Below, piece after piece: positions 46,531 to 59,264 of a DNA stretch of 64,000 nt. The notes under the pieces were generated by a model that did no database searches, was not told the origin of the DNA, and saw only the letters and a list, made by a program, of their open reading frames with translations. The first letter of the stretch is position 1. The number at the start of each line of letters is the position of its first letter. The position numbers and the translations under genes were made by a program. The stretch is from Mayamaea pseudoterrestris (taxonomy: Eukaryota), in the NCBI GenBank assembly GCA_027923505.1, contig BROI01000009.1, forward strand, positions 558,001-622,000, written 5' to 3'.

Positions 46531-49500
46531 CTATCCTCCATTGACACGGCGGACCATCTCGGAGACAATTTCTTCTCCTTTCAGCTCCCATTCTCTGCGG
46601 TTTGTCTCTGCATAATTCAAATACTCATCACTGGACTTGCCAAACACGCCGCAATCCTTCAATTTCTTTGCGAGCGGTATAATGTAGAAATCGAAAAAGC
46701 CAATTTCACCTTTGTACCACGTATGACTTGGGTCGCTGTCGGATCTTCCATCCTTCCAAGCTCGCCAGCACTCCTCAAAGAGTCGCTCATTCCATTTGCG
46801 ATAGATGTGCCAATGCTGCATCGTATGTGCAACATCCGAGGCCTGTATCAAATGCTCAATGACAATGGTGGCCTTGCGGTTGCGCGCAATTTCTACACTC
46901 TCATCTGAAGCCACATCTTCAAAAGCCAAAACCCATCTTTCCTTTCGCTTTGCCGCTAACTCTCTATCCATGATGTCCGTCGCGACCACGCTGTTTACAA
47001 CGAGGTGTCGAAACCTTTCGAGTCCTTTCCTTGTTGTGTAGATTGAGCGTCGCAAGTTCGAGTATCGGTCGTCCATCAGTAGGGCCCATCCCAAATCAAC
47101 ACTGTTCTGCTCTGCAATACTTCTTCCCTTGTAGAAATCGGCAAGCTTTGATTTTTCCTTGACGAGTTGAGAGTTGGGAACTCCACTGTGATCAACGTCA
47201 TGAATTAATGCGCTGTAAACACACGCTAAATGAGTCAACGGATCGCTGGTTATCCCATAGGTGTGGTCGTGCAAATTTTTGCGAGCTCCGTCGTGACTGC
47301 AGTCAACGTCAGAAGGTGCCACAATCCGCGATAAGAGTTTTGTGACACTCATGGCAACGTGAGAAGCATGTTCAAAATTATGAAATGGGTTGTCGTGGTA
47401 CATGGCGGCAATGTTGGAAACATAGTCGTACATTTCGTCAACGACCTCCTTGGGCAGCACAATTGACTCGTAATCCAAGTTGCTCATGCGCTGATTAGGC
47501 ACTTCAATAATCTCCTGTACCTCGTCGATCACATGCATATTGGGTGCGATTAAACGATTCTCGTCCGCGTCTGCCTTTCTCAGTGGATTGCGTTTGAGTA
47601 ACACGTTACGTCGCGCGATCACCTGCTTCAACAAACGAAGAAGAATGTCTGTCGCGAAAGCCGTATAAGTTTGAGTGGATAGGCCCACAATTTGAACACC
47701 AAAACCGATAAAACTTACCGCAATTCCATTCAATTAGGCGATCAGTGCGGGAGCTGCCGAGAGACTTTTTGACATCGCCAATGACTACTTGGTTGACGGC
47801 GACTGATAGGGATTTCGTCACAGCTTCCTTGTCACTGCTGGTTGCCGAAACGGTATCGCTGTCCTTTTGCATGACTAGCCAATACGTTCGAAGTTGACCT
47901 TTACCCTTTGCCTCGACGACATCGTCCCGTGGCTCAACCCAGTGCTGCTTGCCTGCGGCGATCAGAAGATTAGCAGCTTCTTCGGACAAATGGATCCTGT
48001 TGGGACTACCTGTAGATTCAATGCGCGCCGTAGTATTGACTGTATCACCAAACAGTTGGAAGCTGCCGTTTTTAATATATAAAGACCATTGTTAGTCACC
48101 CATGGTTCAATGTTGGCCGGTCTAGCGCATTACAAGAACTTACCGAGCCTTGTCGCCGCGAAGTACACCTGCTGTCACAGGGCCCGAGTGGATTCCGACT
48201 CGCAGCGCTAGGTCCGCCGTGTCAGGGCCTAGAGTAATCTCGAGCTGTTGGGTAAGCACTTGAAACTTTGACACACAATCACGAGCAAACCGGGACATGG
48301 CAACGAAATGATCCTTGCGGGGTCGTGGGAGCCCAGTGACAGCCACGTAACAATCGCCAATAGTTTCAATTTTAAAGACACCGCGCTGCTTGGCAATTTC
48401 ATCAAACGCCGAATAGATGGTTTCTAGCAAGACGAAGACTTGGGCAGGTTCCCGCGTGGAGCCTTATCATAAAAACGTCGGGTTAGCATCGGAAGCTTAT
48501 CATCAAACTAACAAACAATGCTGGGTAAGAGAGCAACTTACTCCATGCCGTGAATCCCGCGATATCAGCGAAGAGGACAGTGCAATTCAGGTAGAGGTCA
48601 GCTATGGGCGCGTCGACACCGTCCATCTTGCCAGGCGTCATGCCGCCTTCGCCGGCCTGAAGGAGCACTTGCTTCCGCACATTCTCCGGAAAAAGTGACG
48701 AGACGAGACCCTCATGCTTTAACGCGACAGCTTTCACGACGCGTAGTTGACGTCGCTGGATCATGAAGTCATAGGCCAAAAATGTGAGGAACAAAACTGC
48801 ACAGGCCGCGACGACTCCCACGGTAATCATAGCCGGCACGTTGGTCTCCAAGGACTTCTGGAATGCAGCAGTAGGGTATGTGTGAACGGAGTAGATGCAT
48901 CGCTCGTCGAGGAGTGTCGCCGGAATAGAGTTGTAGCTTGATTCAGCTATAAGAAGAGAACTCATATTCATAGAGTCGAAGTTTGTGTCGTGAAAATCAC
49001 CGGATGATACAAAGTGTGCCTCCTCTCCTTGGACAGCATAGGTAGACATGTTTCCGCATGTACTCTTCATGACCGCAGTCACTGCCTCCGACGTCTCTTC
49101 AAGTATATTCGACAACAAAGTCTGAAAATCCAGCACGGCAATGTAGTGACCAACAATATTGGCTTTATCTGCAAAATTATCAAACACTGGCGCCACCATG
49201 GCCACCTGTTCGATCGTCTCCATTTCCTCTGACGCAAACAAGCGACAAACACTAATGAACGCTGGTTCTCGTGTATATAGCATTGTGCTGACGCCTTGAG
49301 CGATGAATGGCTTATCGAGGATATTGAAGTTGATGCTATGGGCCGGAAGTGGCGGAGAAATCTGTAGTTGGCACAAATGGATATACGCAAGTCAGACGAA
49401 GTGGTCCGGCCCTTACTAAGCGCTGCCAAAAGAAACGCACCTGCCAGAGAGGAGCGTAAGGTCCGCTATCTGCTGGGACATTGGCTTGCAGTTTCTTTTG

Positions 49501-50180
49501 CAAATGACGCCGTTCTCCATCGCAACCCTCGAGTGAGTTGTCGTCAGGATAGCTCCAAATATCGGAAGGAACTTTCTGGACATGCGTGCCGTTCGGGTAC
49601 GAATCTTGCAGCCAGGCTTGATTGTCTTGGCTGTACTTGTTCCACGCGTAGCGGTCGCTGTCGGAGACGATTGGAAAAAAGGCAACGGTTGTTGCCAGCG
49701 ATGATGTTCGGAAGGACTCACCCCGCTCCTGCGACATAAAAGTTGTAGAGGTGAGTGGAGCATGGAAAATTAACCACCGACCGCATTGCGCTCTGCAGCA
49801 AAGAAACGCACTTCAAAGTCAGGAAGAGTCACAAATGGCCACGTCATGTTCTCGTGCTTGGCGAAGGACGTTGTCGTCGTGCTCAAAGACTTCAGGTCCG
49901 CAATGAGGTGCGCCACCCGGTCTTGGGTTGTCTTGATGACTTGGAATGATGCGCTGTCGAACTGCATTTGAAAGTCATCTTGTTCATCCCTTGACGTCAA
50001 CTTGTAAGTGGTCAGTCCAATCGCGGCCGTCACCATGGCGAGCACGGCGACGACGAGCAATCTCGACCAAAAGATGAACGGGCTTTTTGGGCCATTGGAT
50101 GCTGGAATCGACGGCTCATCTTGCTGCGACGTGCTGGCTGTTGAGCACGAGTCGTCCGAGTAATAAGAACAGTCTTCCAT
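46531..50180 (-). CDS. Membrane guanylate/adenylate cyclase-phosphodiesterase fusion (tandem paralog); introns 49729..49811, 49362..49440, 48463..48541, 48063..48143, 47649..47718
   Basis: Same motif order (WPFVTLPDFE, APLWQ, FADIAGFTAWS, KIETIGDCY, NPFHNFEHASHV, IHDVDH, QASDVAH). All introns are GT-AG and restore frame. Confidence 0.9.
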
Positions 50181-50942
50181 GGTGTCTTTGATGGTGCAAT
50201 TGGCGGTGAATGACAGGCTCTTCGCGTCTCTCCTTTCGCTGATTTGTGGCAGCAAGTGTGATCAGGATGAAATTGACAGCAAACTGGGCGTAAATGAAAC
50301 CAAATGGCCATTGAAACCTGCGAGTCGTGAAGACTGGGCTGTTCCAAATGGTTGGCATTCTGTGATACACGACCACCCATGCGTTCTTTCATGCGTCGTT
50401 GATGATTCTATCCGCTTGTGGTATAGCCATGACATTCGTCACAAGAATAAAGGCAATAGAAAGTCAAACGCAAAGCAGTTCCATGTGACATCTACCTTCA
50501 AGTTGATGCTTTGAACTTGCGTTGTCGAGGACAACGTTACGTCATCAGATTGTGAAAAGGTAAAACAATCTTCTTGGTCGTAATTTATTGTTGGGGCAAG
50601 TACGGTACTCACAGTCAGTAGTAGTAGTATTTTACTACAGGAGTTGCATCGTATTGTTGGAGTTAGCATAAACTACTTTAAGTCTCCGGTTGCACATGCA
50701 GATATATTGGTTACGGTGAGGTAGTTGGCCGCCGTTACCAAGGAGTAATACAAATTTTTGTCGTTGGGAGCTTATATACGCCTCCACTACGTCGCGCTCC
50801 AAAGGCTACCCAGTGCTCATACTGTAGTACACAATACGCCGATGCTGACTAATTATTAACTATGGATGACACGAACGTTGTATCGGCAGCAACTGACGCG
50901 TTTGGCGCCGAGTTCGTCCAATTGCTGCCTGCACAGTTGATG

Positions 50943-52085
50943 CTATGGCATGGGACTGCCGCAACTGAACATGGCGCTCAGAATTCCATCTCCTCCTCTC
51001 GCTTTTCGATTGTCGTTTCCGGCGCCTCCATGTAGCCGCCGTAACTCCCTTTCCTCACTGAAACCAAGGTAGCTCTGAACCGTCTCCAAACCAGGATGAC
51101 CAGCCATCCTTGGCGCTGGTGGAGTCCTCGGCGAGCGTGACCGACCCCGGCTAGCATCGTCGGCTGTGGCATTTATATCAAAAGTGCACGTTCCAAGCTG
51201 ATAGAGTACTGATCCAAGTGCCCGGAGTCCTTCTTGGTCACCTCCGAAAACAAAATTGTCGTCGTGTTCAGTGTCTATTGTCTGAAATGTATCTATCGAA
51301 TCGTCATCTTCCGAGTCATACTCCTCGTCTTCAAAAACGCTCTCTTCAACTTCGGTCAAACTATCATTGTCCATGATAGATATATCGCGCAGATCTGATG
51401 TTTCCTCGTCGCCCCATGACGTTGCAAATTCGGAATCGACAAAAGAGTTTCGAACAGTTTCCGTTTCAAATGTCTTTGTTGCAATATCCTTTAAAATGTT
51501 TCGAGTGCGTTCCGATCGCGTCAAATCCTTTTCTTTGCTTGGATTCTCAAAACTCCAAACAGGAGGGATCGTTCGTTGCTGCTGCTTTGTGCTGTAGTCT
51601 TCTGCCGATCTCGACTGGCGAAATCCAGCAGGAACTGCCAGAGCTGCCCAATTGCTGCTGGTGTTGTAGAAGTTGTGCACGTCACTACTCTCCGACAGGG
51701 CTATTTCGCTGGGTTCCTTGAGGAAGGAGCTCGCGTTGAACAAGCCAAAGGTTTTACCAATGGCCTCGGAGATATCCTCGGAGGACGCCGACAAAGACTC
51801 AGTGATGCTAGTGAAATTCATCATGGTTTTGCCGTTTTTGTGCAAATTCCCAGGTAAGGGGCTTCCATTAGTTCGATGGGGAAAGAGAGGCTGGGGCGAA
51901 TCGTTGTTTGTGCCTTTTTGAACGACGATCTGATTACGATGGCTGCTGATTATTTCTGGCTTCGGCCTAAATTTCGAAGACAGCTTGATTGAATCCAAAA
52001 GGTTACTCATAGCAGAAGAGGCTGAAGATTGTTCGTCACGAGATCGATCCTCTAGAATGGCGTTCTCCAGCTGTATGATTGGCAT
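50943..52085 (-). CDS. Hypothetical Ser/acidic low-complexity protein
   Basis: 380-aa ATG-started ORF with no recognisable domain. Confidence 0.55.
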   Translation of the reverse strand: MPIIQLENAILEDRSRDEQSSASSAMSNLLDSIKLSSKFRPKPEIISSHRNQIVVQKGTNNDSPQPLFPHRTNGSPLPGNLHKNGKTMMNFTSITESLSASSEDISEAIGKTFGLFNASSFLKEPSEIALSESSDVHNFYNTSSNWAALAVPAGFRQSRSAEDYSTKQQQRTIPPVWSFENPSKEKDLTRSERTRNILKDIATKTFETETVRNSFVDSEFATSWGDEETSDLRDISIMDNDSLTEVEESVFEDEEYDSEDDDSIDTFQTIDTEHDDNFVFGGDQEGLRALGSVLYQLGTCTFDINATADDASRGRSRSPRTPPAPRMAGHPGLETVQSYLGFSEERELRRLHGGAGNDNRKARGGDGILSAMFSCGSPMP

Positions 52086-52757
52086 GGTAATTGAAGGTCG
52101 GTGGGAGGTGGCGGCAGGTGGCAGTGATTGCTTCGAGTGTCACTATTTGCTGGTGCGGTTGATGCTCACTCAGCGCGTTTCTGTTCCTGTCTACCCGATC
52201 CTCTACAATGCTTTCTTGCTAAGATATTTGTTCGGATCGCAATAGACAAGCAACCGTGATCCTTGGTTGATTGCTCCACAGAAGACTTCTAAATCTTCGT
52301 GGGTTGGTGGTCTGCGGCAGCATCATCGCCGAATCGCTTGAGGTGCGCTGCTGACGTCACTAAGAGGCGCGCGCCATTTTTTTAAATTTATCAAGCGTTG
52401 GTGCATGTGCTCTGTTACCGTGGTTGCTATGTTGTTTTGCTTTGCTATCATACTGTACTAATGTAAAACCAAGTCGTCCATGTGAGGGCCTCCTGGTTTT
52501 TAAAGTGGTTCTGCTAGAGCAGAGAGGCCCACACAATGTCGAAAGTAGCCATGGGCTTCAGGGCTGGCCTAACTTTGTTGAGCAATGCACGATTTGATGG
52601 AGCCACATTGTATTGTAAATATGCTGTCTCGCTTTGCCGCTAACAGTACGTATGTTAAATGCAAGTCCTTGTGGGATTTTTTCTAGGTGCCTATACGTCC
52701 CACACAAAGAGGCATTGACAATTGACATTTGTATATTTTCATGGGCCCAGATATGAT

Positions 52758-53191
52758 TGTTGTTATGGTAATTCAGTCGAGGTCAACTGAAGGGCTCGGT
52801 GGTTACTACTTGCAAGTAACTAGCAATCAAAGAAGGTTTGCTTTGTTTGGTAACTGTGAGTGTTTAGTGTTACTGCTATAATTTACTGCCTTTGCAGGCC
52901 GAGTCTCGCCGAGGTGCGGGCTTGCTTGGGCCTGCTATGTATTATAGCCAGTGAACTTGCCGTCTTGCGGGTAATTAGGGTGCTTTGGCGTTTGTAGCCA
53001 TTATTAACTGGTGATTGAACAAATAGTTAGAGAGTAAGTCAGTTGGATGCTTCGCCATCCCCTTGCCAATGGCGAGGCCTGCATCGCCATGGTCAGTCTG
53101 TGGCGAGGCTGGTTTGTGTGGACCGTACCGAATCCCGCCTGATCCGTCGATGTCGCATGGACATCCATCTATGTCGCATACACATCCAACA
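52758..53191 (-). repeat. 3' LTR
   Basis: Matches 59279..59712 except at three positions. Confidence 0.95.
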
Positions 53192-53200
53192 CTCCCTTTT
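53192..53200 (-). other. Polypurine tract AAAAGGGAG
   Basis: Purine run directly before the 3' LTR on the element sense strand. Confidence 0.8.
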
Positions 53201-53212
53201 CGGTAGGTACCC

Positions 53213-56200
53213 TTACCAGCCCTGGACTGTGAGCCGGTGCTTGGTGAGGATCTCTAATGGTACACTCTTGGTGAGGATGTCAGCCCGTTGCTCCTCCGTA
53301 TCGATGGGTAGGATGCTGATCTCGCCTGAGTTGACGTAGCTGCGGAAGTGGTGATACTGCACATTGATGTGCTTGGTGCGCGGGCGCATCTTGTGTACGT
53401 TGCTAATTTCCAGGCAAGCGCTGTTGTCCTCGAACACCTTGCAGTGTAGCGTTGGTGTGACGGTATCGAACTTGAACCCTGCAGCTTTGAGTTCCTTAGT
53501 CAGTTCCATCAGTGGTATGACCTCACGTAGCGCTGTGCTGAGTGCTATGTACTCCGACTCGGTGGTGGATAGGGCGATTTGAGTCTGCATCTTGCTGGCC
53601 CACACGAGCGGGCATCCTGCATAATAAATGATGTACCCGGTCCTTGACCTGGCGGTGTCAGGGTCGGTAGGCGCCTCGTTGGGATCCCAGTCGCCTATCC
53701 AGTTGGCGTCGACGTAGCACTCAAAGGAGTCACTGGATGGCCGGTAAATCATGCCCTTGTCCCTGGTCCCAGCGAGGTAGCGGCATATCCACTTGATGGC
53801 CTTGCCGTGCTCTTGCTTGGGGTCACTGGAGAACCGAGCGCATTGGTGGACGGCTTGGGCTATGTCTGGTCTTGTGCACCTTTCTAAGTGATTCAGCTTG
53901 CCCAGCACCGACCTGTAGTCGAAGCTTTGGTCGAATGGGTCCGAGGTGGAGTGTCTGGTGAGGGTCTTGGACGTACAAGCTGGGGTCTTCTTGAGAGCCA
54001 CATTTGGTAGGTCGAGTGAGACGTCGCGGAGTATCTGCTCTATCAAGTGAGGCTGTGTGAGATGGATCTCGTCTCCCTTCTGCTCGATTTTAACCCCTAG
54101 GAAGTCCCCTAGCTCGCCCTCCACCGTGAGGTTGAGGCCTGTGTCCCGCATGTCTTGGAGGATCCTCTCGATTTCGGCTTTGTCGGGGCCACAGAGGATG
54201 CTATCGTCGCAGTAAAGGACGTATAGGGAGGACCCTCTGTGGAATAAGCACTCGTCCACTTTGCTCTGTTGGAATCCGACACTCTTTAACTTGGCCACTA
54301 GGTGCTCGTTCCATGTGCGCCCTGAGTCGCATCCCCCGTAGGTGTTCTTCTTGACGTGTAGTACGTACTCCCCTGGCTTGGCGCCTGGGTACTCGAATCC
54401 CTTGGGTATCTCCATGAACACCGTGGTGGATTTGGCCTCGGCTTGATTGTAGGCTTGGACGAAGTCTATTTGCCGCGTGTGCCACTTGAGCTGCAAGGCC
54501 TTGGCAATCACTAAGCGGATAGTGGCCCAGGAGGCTACCGGCGCGTAGGTCTGGTCATAGTGCACTCCTTTAACCTGCTTGGATCCATCCAAGTTTAGGC
54601 GGGCCTTCCACTTGTAGATTTCGCCCGTGGTGATCCTTCTCTTGCGCTTCATTGCCCATACCGCAGGGAGTGGTACCACTCCTTCGGGCACTTGGGCCCT
54701 CGGGACAACCTCCCAGATTCCGTTGTGAGCTTGATCATCAATCTCCTTCTGGGCTGCCTTGAGGAACTCTTCCTTGTCCTCGGACTGCATGGCCTGGTGC
54801 CAGTACATGGTGTCTTCGGCCGACCCGGCGGGGAAGGGGGCTGGTGTCGCGAACTCGCGTGGTAGCGCCAACGCTTCGTAGGCAACCACACTCCCTTGAA
54901 CGTGCTGCATCTCTTGTTCCATGGACTCGACCAAGTAGTCCAGGTTGGCCGGGTTGGGGCTCTCCTTGAGTAGTTCCGACCTCATGGCTTGGATGAGTTC
55001 GGTGGGGTTCTTCCCGCCTCGTATTTGCGACCTGTACTGGCGGCCTTCCTCGGTGAGCTTGCGCTGGCGCTGTGACCTCCTGAGAGGCGGGCCATCTGGC
55101 TCCCTTGTGGGCTCTGGAGTGGGACCGTCCGGGCTCCCTTCTTCGTTGGCCGCTGGGTCTATTGGGTCGGGCGCGTCCGGTTGTTCTGGGACCCCGTGGG
55201 CCCCCGGTGTAGTGGACCCGGCCGGTCCGTCGGGCTCCTGGGGTTCAGAGGCTTCTTCGAAAGTGACCTGTGCCGGGGGACCGTTGAGGGTTTCGTTGCC
55301 TGGGTGCAGTGTCTCCTGTGGGGAGGCTCCCTTGTTGGCAGTGAGGAAGTGGCACTTGTCCTGCCAGTGTGAAGTTGGTAGGCAATCATTGAAGGACTTG
55401 CGCATGGTCTGAAAGCTTGGGTCAAAGTGTACGTGAAACTGTGGGGAGGCGAGGCCGGTTTCGAGTGACAGTACCAAGGCCACCGACCTGGCGTGGTGGG
55501 CTGAAGGGCCCAGGTATACCCCTACCCGCGCTCGGTCTACCCACTTGTCCTTGCTGGTCACGTAGGTGTACACGGGGCACCCGAACAGGGAGTAGTGCTT
55601 GGGATTGAAGGAGGCAGGGGCCCCGGTGAAGGTCTCCACTGGTATGCTGTTGTCTTTGAGGCCTGGCGTGATGTTCTTGGTCTCATTGGCCAGCCTTAGC
55701 GCGTAAGGCCACAAGTTGGCATTCACCGCAGTGGGCCATTGGCGGGCGGCGTGGATCATCATTGTTCTGGCTTGATCCTGTAGCTCCCTGATGTGTCGCT
55801 CAGCTATACCGTTCTGAAAGTGGGCATTGACGCCGCAGAATGTGAGCACTTGGTTGCTGGCCGTGCACGCGTTTCGCCACTGATTGTCGGCAAACACTCC
55901 ATTGTCTGCCCTGTAGTGTTGTATTTGGACTCCAACCGAGGAGGCGTAGAGCTCGAATGCTGCCTTGGCCTCCAGGGTTTCTTCGGCCGAGGTGGTCTTC
56001 TGCAAGTGGATGAAGGAAAATCTGCTGAACTGGTCCACAAAGATAGTGGCGCACATGTAGCGGCGTTTAGTCGGTATGCCCCTCAAGTTGGGCTATCAAT
56101 CCCGGAGTATAGGAGACCAGTTGGTCAACCGAGACACATTCCCCAGGCCGGGTGGCCAGTACCTTGGAGTCCTCTAGCTGGGCTTGCGTAGGCTTGGTCC

Positions 56201-57818
56201 TCCATGGTCTCTTCGTGGCCTTGCCGTAGAGGCAGCTGGTGCACAGGGGCACTGGACACTTGGCTAATCGACTTGGGAGGATGCCCATGCGGGCCATTGC
56301 TTGTAGTCGCCTTGGGGACGCATGGTTGAGCTTATGGTGCCAGCGCAGGAATTCTGCCGAGGCATCTTGCGGTCTGGTGTCCTCCTCGTCCGGGCTAACC
56401 TGGTCTTGGATCGAGCCTCGTCCGGCCGGGCCGTCAAGCTGGAAATCCGTTGTCAGCGGCTGGGTGCGAGGCGGCTCGGCCGGAGTGACCGTGGGCGATG
56501 GGTGCCCGTCGTCGGGCGGGGAGGATCCCATGTAGTCATTCCCCCCCGGATGCCAGGCGGAAGACTGTGCTGGGAGGTCGTACGGGAGCACGGCCGCGGC
56601 GTAGCAGGTAGGATGCTCGTCGCTGACCGGTGGGATGGTGGCGAGGAAAGCGGAGTAGTTGGCAAAGCCGGGTGCCGAGTTGAGAATGCCCACATTGGAG
56701 GCGGGATCCAGGGGCACCGTGCGTTGGTGTCGGCGCTGATCCCAGTAGAGGACAATGCGATCCGAGTAGGTGAGTGAGTAGGTGCCATCCTTGTCTGGGT
56801 CGTGATCGTTGGCCAGTTGTGCCCAGTGCTGGGGGCTCAGGAGCCGACTGTGCGCTTTGGCGTCGTAGATCAAATTGGGGATGTCGATGGTGTAGGGGGC
56901 TCCCTCGTCGTCCTCAATGGTGTAGCGGCCGTGACCCTGGGCGAGTGGACTGCCAGGCGAGCCATGGATGCCGGTGAGGGTGTGCTGGATCGCCTTTGGT
57001 GGCGAGTAGAAGTCCGATAAGTGGCTGGTGATGCAATAAGATGCGCAATTGTCAACTCGAAGTTGGAGGGAGTCGGTATCGAAGCGGACTTTGCGTGAGG
57101 ACGAGCGGCCGGTGGGGCAGTGGGAGGCGAACGCTAGCCATGGTGACAAGCGTCCATCGGTGCGCGTGGTGGCCCATTCGACGAGTGTTGACAGTGGTGT
57201 CCCACCGTTGTGTTGAGTAGGTGCGCGTGTCGTATCTGGAGGTGCGCAAGTGTGACTGTCCGCTGAATAGGTGAGGCGTAGTTGTGAATCTCCCTTGTTG
57301 ACTGCGCTGGTAGGAGGCGAGAACGGCGTCGCCTTTGGGTTGCGATAAAGGTAGTTCTTATAGGCGTTATACGCTCGCGCCCGTCGTATGAAGTCAACTG
57401 GGACGAAGGGAGCTTGACGTGTGTTGTAGCGCGTGGGCGTCTCCCTTTTAGGACGATGGCCGAGGTGTGCGTCGGCCGTGACGCTGATAGCCCAGCAGGC
57501 AATGTGATAGTAGCAGAGGCGACGGGCCCAAGTGCGTGACTTGCTGCGCCGAAGGTGGTAGCTGAAGGGGTTGACGGACTTGCGCTTGCGTCGCTCGGCC
57601 TTGTAGGGAGGCCATGGCCATGGTAGATGGTGGAACCAGCTCAGCGCTCGGTCCCATAGTTGAAGCGGACTGGCCGAGGAAGGTTTGGAGGTGTGGCGCG
57701 AGTTGGTGCTGGCGCTCTGGTGCAGTGTAGCTGGTGTGTGGCAGATGAATCGCAGGGCGTTCAGGAGTTTACTCATCAGCCCGTAAAACATTAAGATAAA
57801 GTTCCACGGGCATCCCCG
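53213..57818 (-). CDS. pol: Copia Pol (protease, integrase, reverse transcriptase, RNase H) with a 1-bp frameshift near 56086
   Basis: VDNCAS protease; WHHKLNH...CTSC; YRADNG...QNGIAER; YKWKARL, QIDFVQAY, LYCDD; YVDANW, LSTTESEY, FEDN, ADILTK. Confidence 0.92.
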
Positions 57819-59240
57819 TCAGCTGCTCTCGTCGCCGCTGTCCTGTTGGTAGATGGCCATTTGCGCTTGGAGCGTCGATGCTGGGGTGGCTGTGGCGGCC
57901 TCCGGCGTGGCGGCCTCGGGGGTCGCAATCTTGCCTTCCTTCTGTGCCTTGTGGCAGTCGGCCGCTGCGTGCTGGCCCCACTTGGCGTGGTGCGGGCACC
58001 AGGTCCAGTCCAGCTCCTTGCCCTTGGCGTTCTTGGCCTTCTTGTGGAGCTTTCCATCCGTTGGTGGGACAAGCATCCACGCGGGAGTCTCCTTGACCCG
58101 GTCGGCCCGATCTGCGCGTGGCGCCTTTGCCGCCTTCGCCTTGAGCGCCTTGATCTCCGTTTGCAGGGCTATGACTTTGGCGTCCGCCTTGGTGGCTTCG
58201 TTCCACTCTTTGGCCGTTACTTTCATGCGATAGTACGCCGAGACTTGAGCCATAAGGCCTTCCGGTGTGAGGTCCGGATTGAGGCTGCTGGTGTAGTCAT
58301 CCTGTTTGCGCTCTATCATGCGCTTGAACGCCCCGTTGGTCACTGTGTTGTAGGCCTGGAAGAGGATCGACAGCAAGTTGGGTGTGGTCTGCCCCCGGTT
58401 CTGTAGATCCTGGTCAACCCTGCGCACGTGGTCGTGAAACTTCTCGATGTTGTAGTCGAAGACTTCCGCTAGCTTGGTTCCTGAGCAGTCCATGATTTCC
58501 TTGTGGAGGTTGAATATGGTGGCCTTGGAGTCAAGCACCGTCTTGGTAATGATAACCATGAGGAGGGCGATGCCCGAGGCAGTGACCACGTCCGAAGCCA
58601 TTCCCTTGAGCTTGTACTCGCTAGCCGACAGGCGGATGCGCGCCTTCATGTCTGGGTCCAGCGACTGAATAATGGTTGAAGCCAGTTGGTTGTCGGCCTG
58701 AGCTTGGCGCGTCTGGGTCCCAAGGAAGGACTTGGCGTACTCTTGGACCTTGGTCATGTCGAGCTTGCCGTACTCCGAAATGAGGTTGGCGGTAGTCAGG
58801 GTGGTCCCCTGTTCGCACTTGGTGAGCGGCACGTCGTAAACGTTCCAGTTGAACTGAGTTCCTTTGTCGTCCAGGTCGGCGAGAAACCCTGAGAGCTCCT
58901 CCGACTTGCCAGAGTACTTCTTGTCGAGTCCCTTGGAGGATTCGATGAATACCTTCATGTTCTTGGCATCGCTAAAGTTCATCGGCTGGTTGGTCGCCAA
59001 TGGCGTAAGCTGGTACGCACTGCTGCTGGGAGCGGCCACCGCTGGTGGAGCACCTTGCTGCGCGGTGGCAGCCAAGGCTTCAGCGACTGCGGCTGCGATG
59101 GCGGCTTGGAGAGCAGCCTGATTGGCTTCCTGGTCCTGGAGGCGACGCACTTCGGTGGCGGCGGCAGCAGCTTCGTTGGCTTGCTGCATGGCTGCAATGC
59201 GTGCAGTCATCTCGGCGATCTGGGCGGCGTGGGCGTCCAT
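57819..59240 (-). CDS. gag: Copia Gag
   Basis: 473-aa ORF just after the 5' LTR; C-terminal WCPHHAKWGQHAAADC Cys/His knuckle variant. Confidence 0.88.
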   Translation of the reverse strand: MDAHAAQIAEMTARIAAMQQANEAAAAATEVRRLQDQEANQAALQAAIAAAVAEALAATAQQGAPPAVAAPSSSAYQLTPLATNQPMNFSDAKNMKVFIESSKGLDKKYSGKSEELSGFLADLDDKGTQFNWNVYDVPLTKCEQGTTLTTANLISEYGKLDMTKVQEYAKSFLGTQTRQAQADNQLASTIIQSLDPDMKARIRLSASEYKLKGMASDVVTASGIALLMVIITKTVLDSKATIFNLHKEIMDCSGTKLAEVFDYNIEKFHDHVRRVDQDLQNRGQTTPNLLSILFQAYNTVTNGAFKRMIERKQDDYTSSLNPDLTPEGLMAQVSAYYRMKVTAKEWNEATKADAKVIALQTEIKALKAKAAKAPRADRADRVKETPAWMLVPPTDGKLHKKAKNAKGKELDWTWCPHHAKWGQHAAADCHKAQKEGKIATPEAATPEAATATPASTLQAQMAIYQQDSGDESS

Positions 59241-59264
59241 TGCTTGTTATGTTTGTTGCGGGTT

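Noticed and set aside
56075..56095. Ty1-type programmed +1 frameshift
   Set aside because: Sequence is CTT-GAG-G rather than CTT-AGG-C and it falls inside integrase, not at the gag/pol junction.
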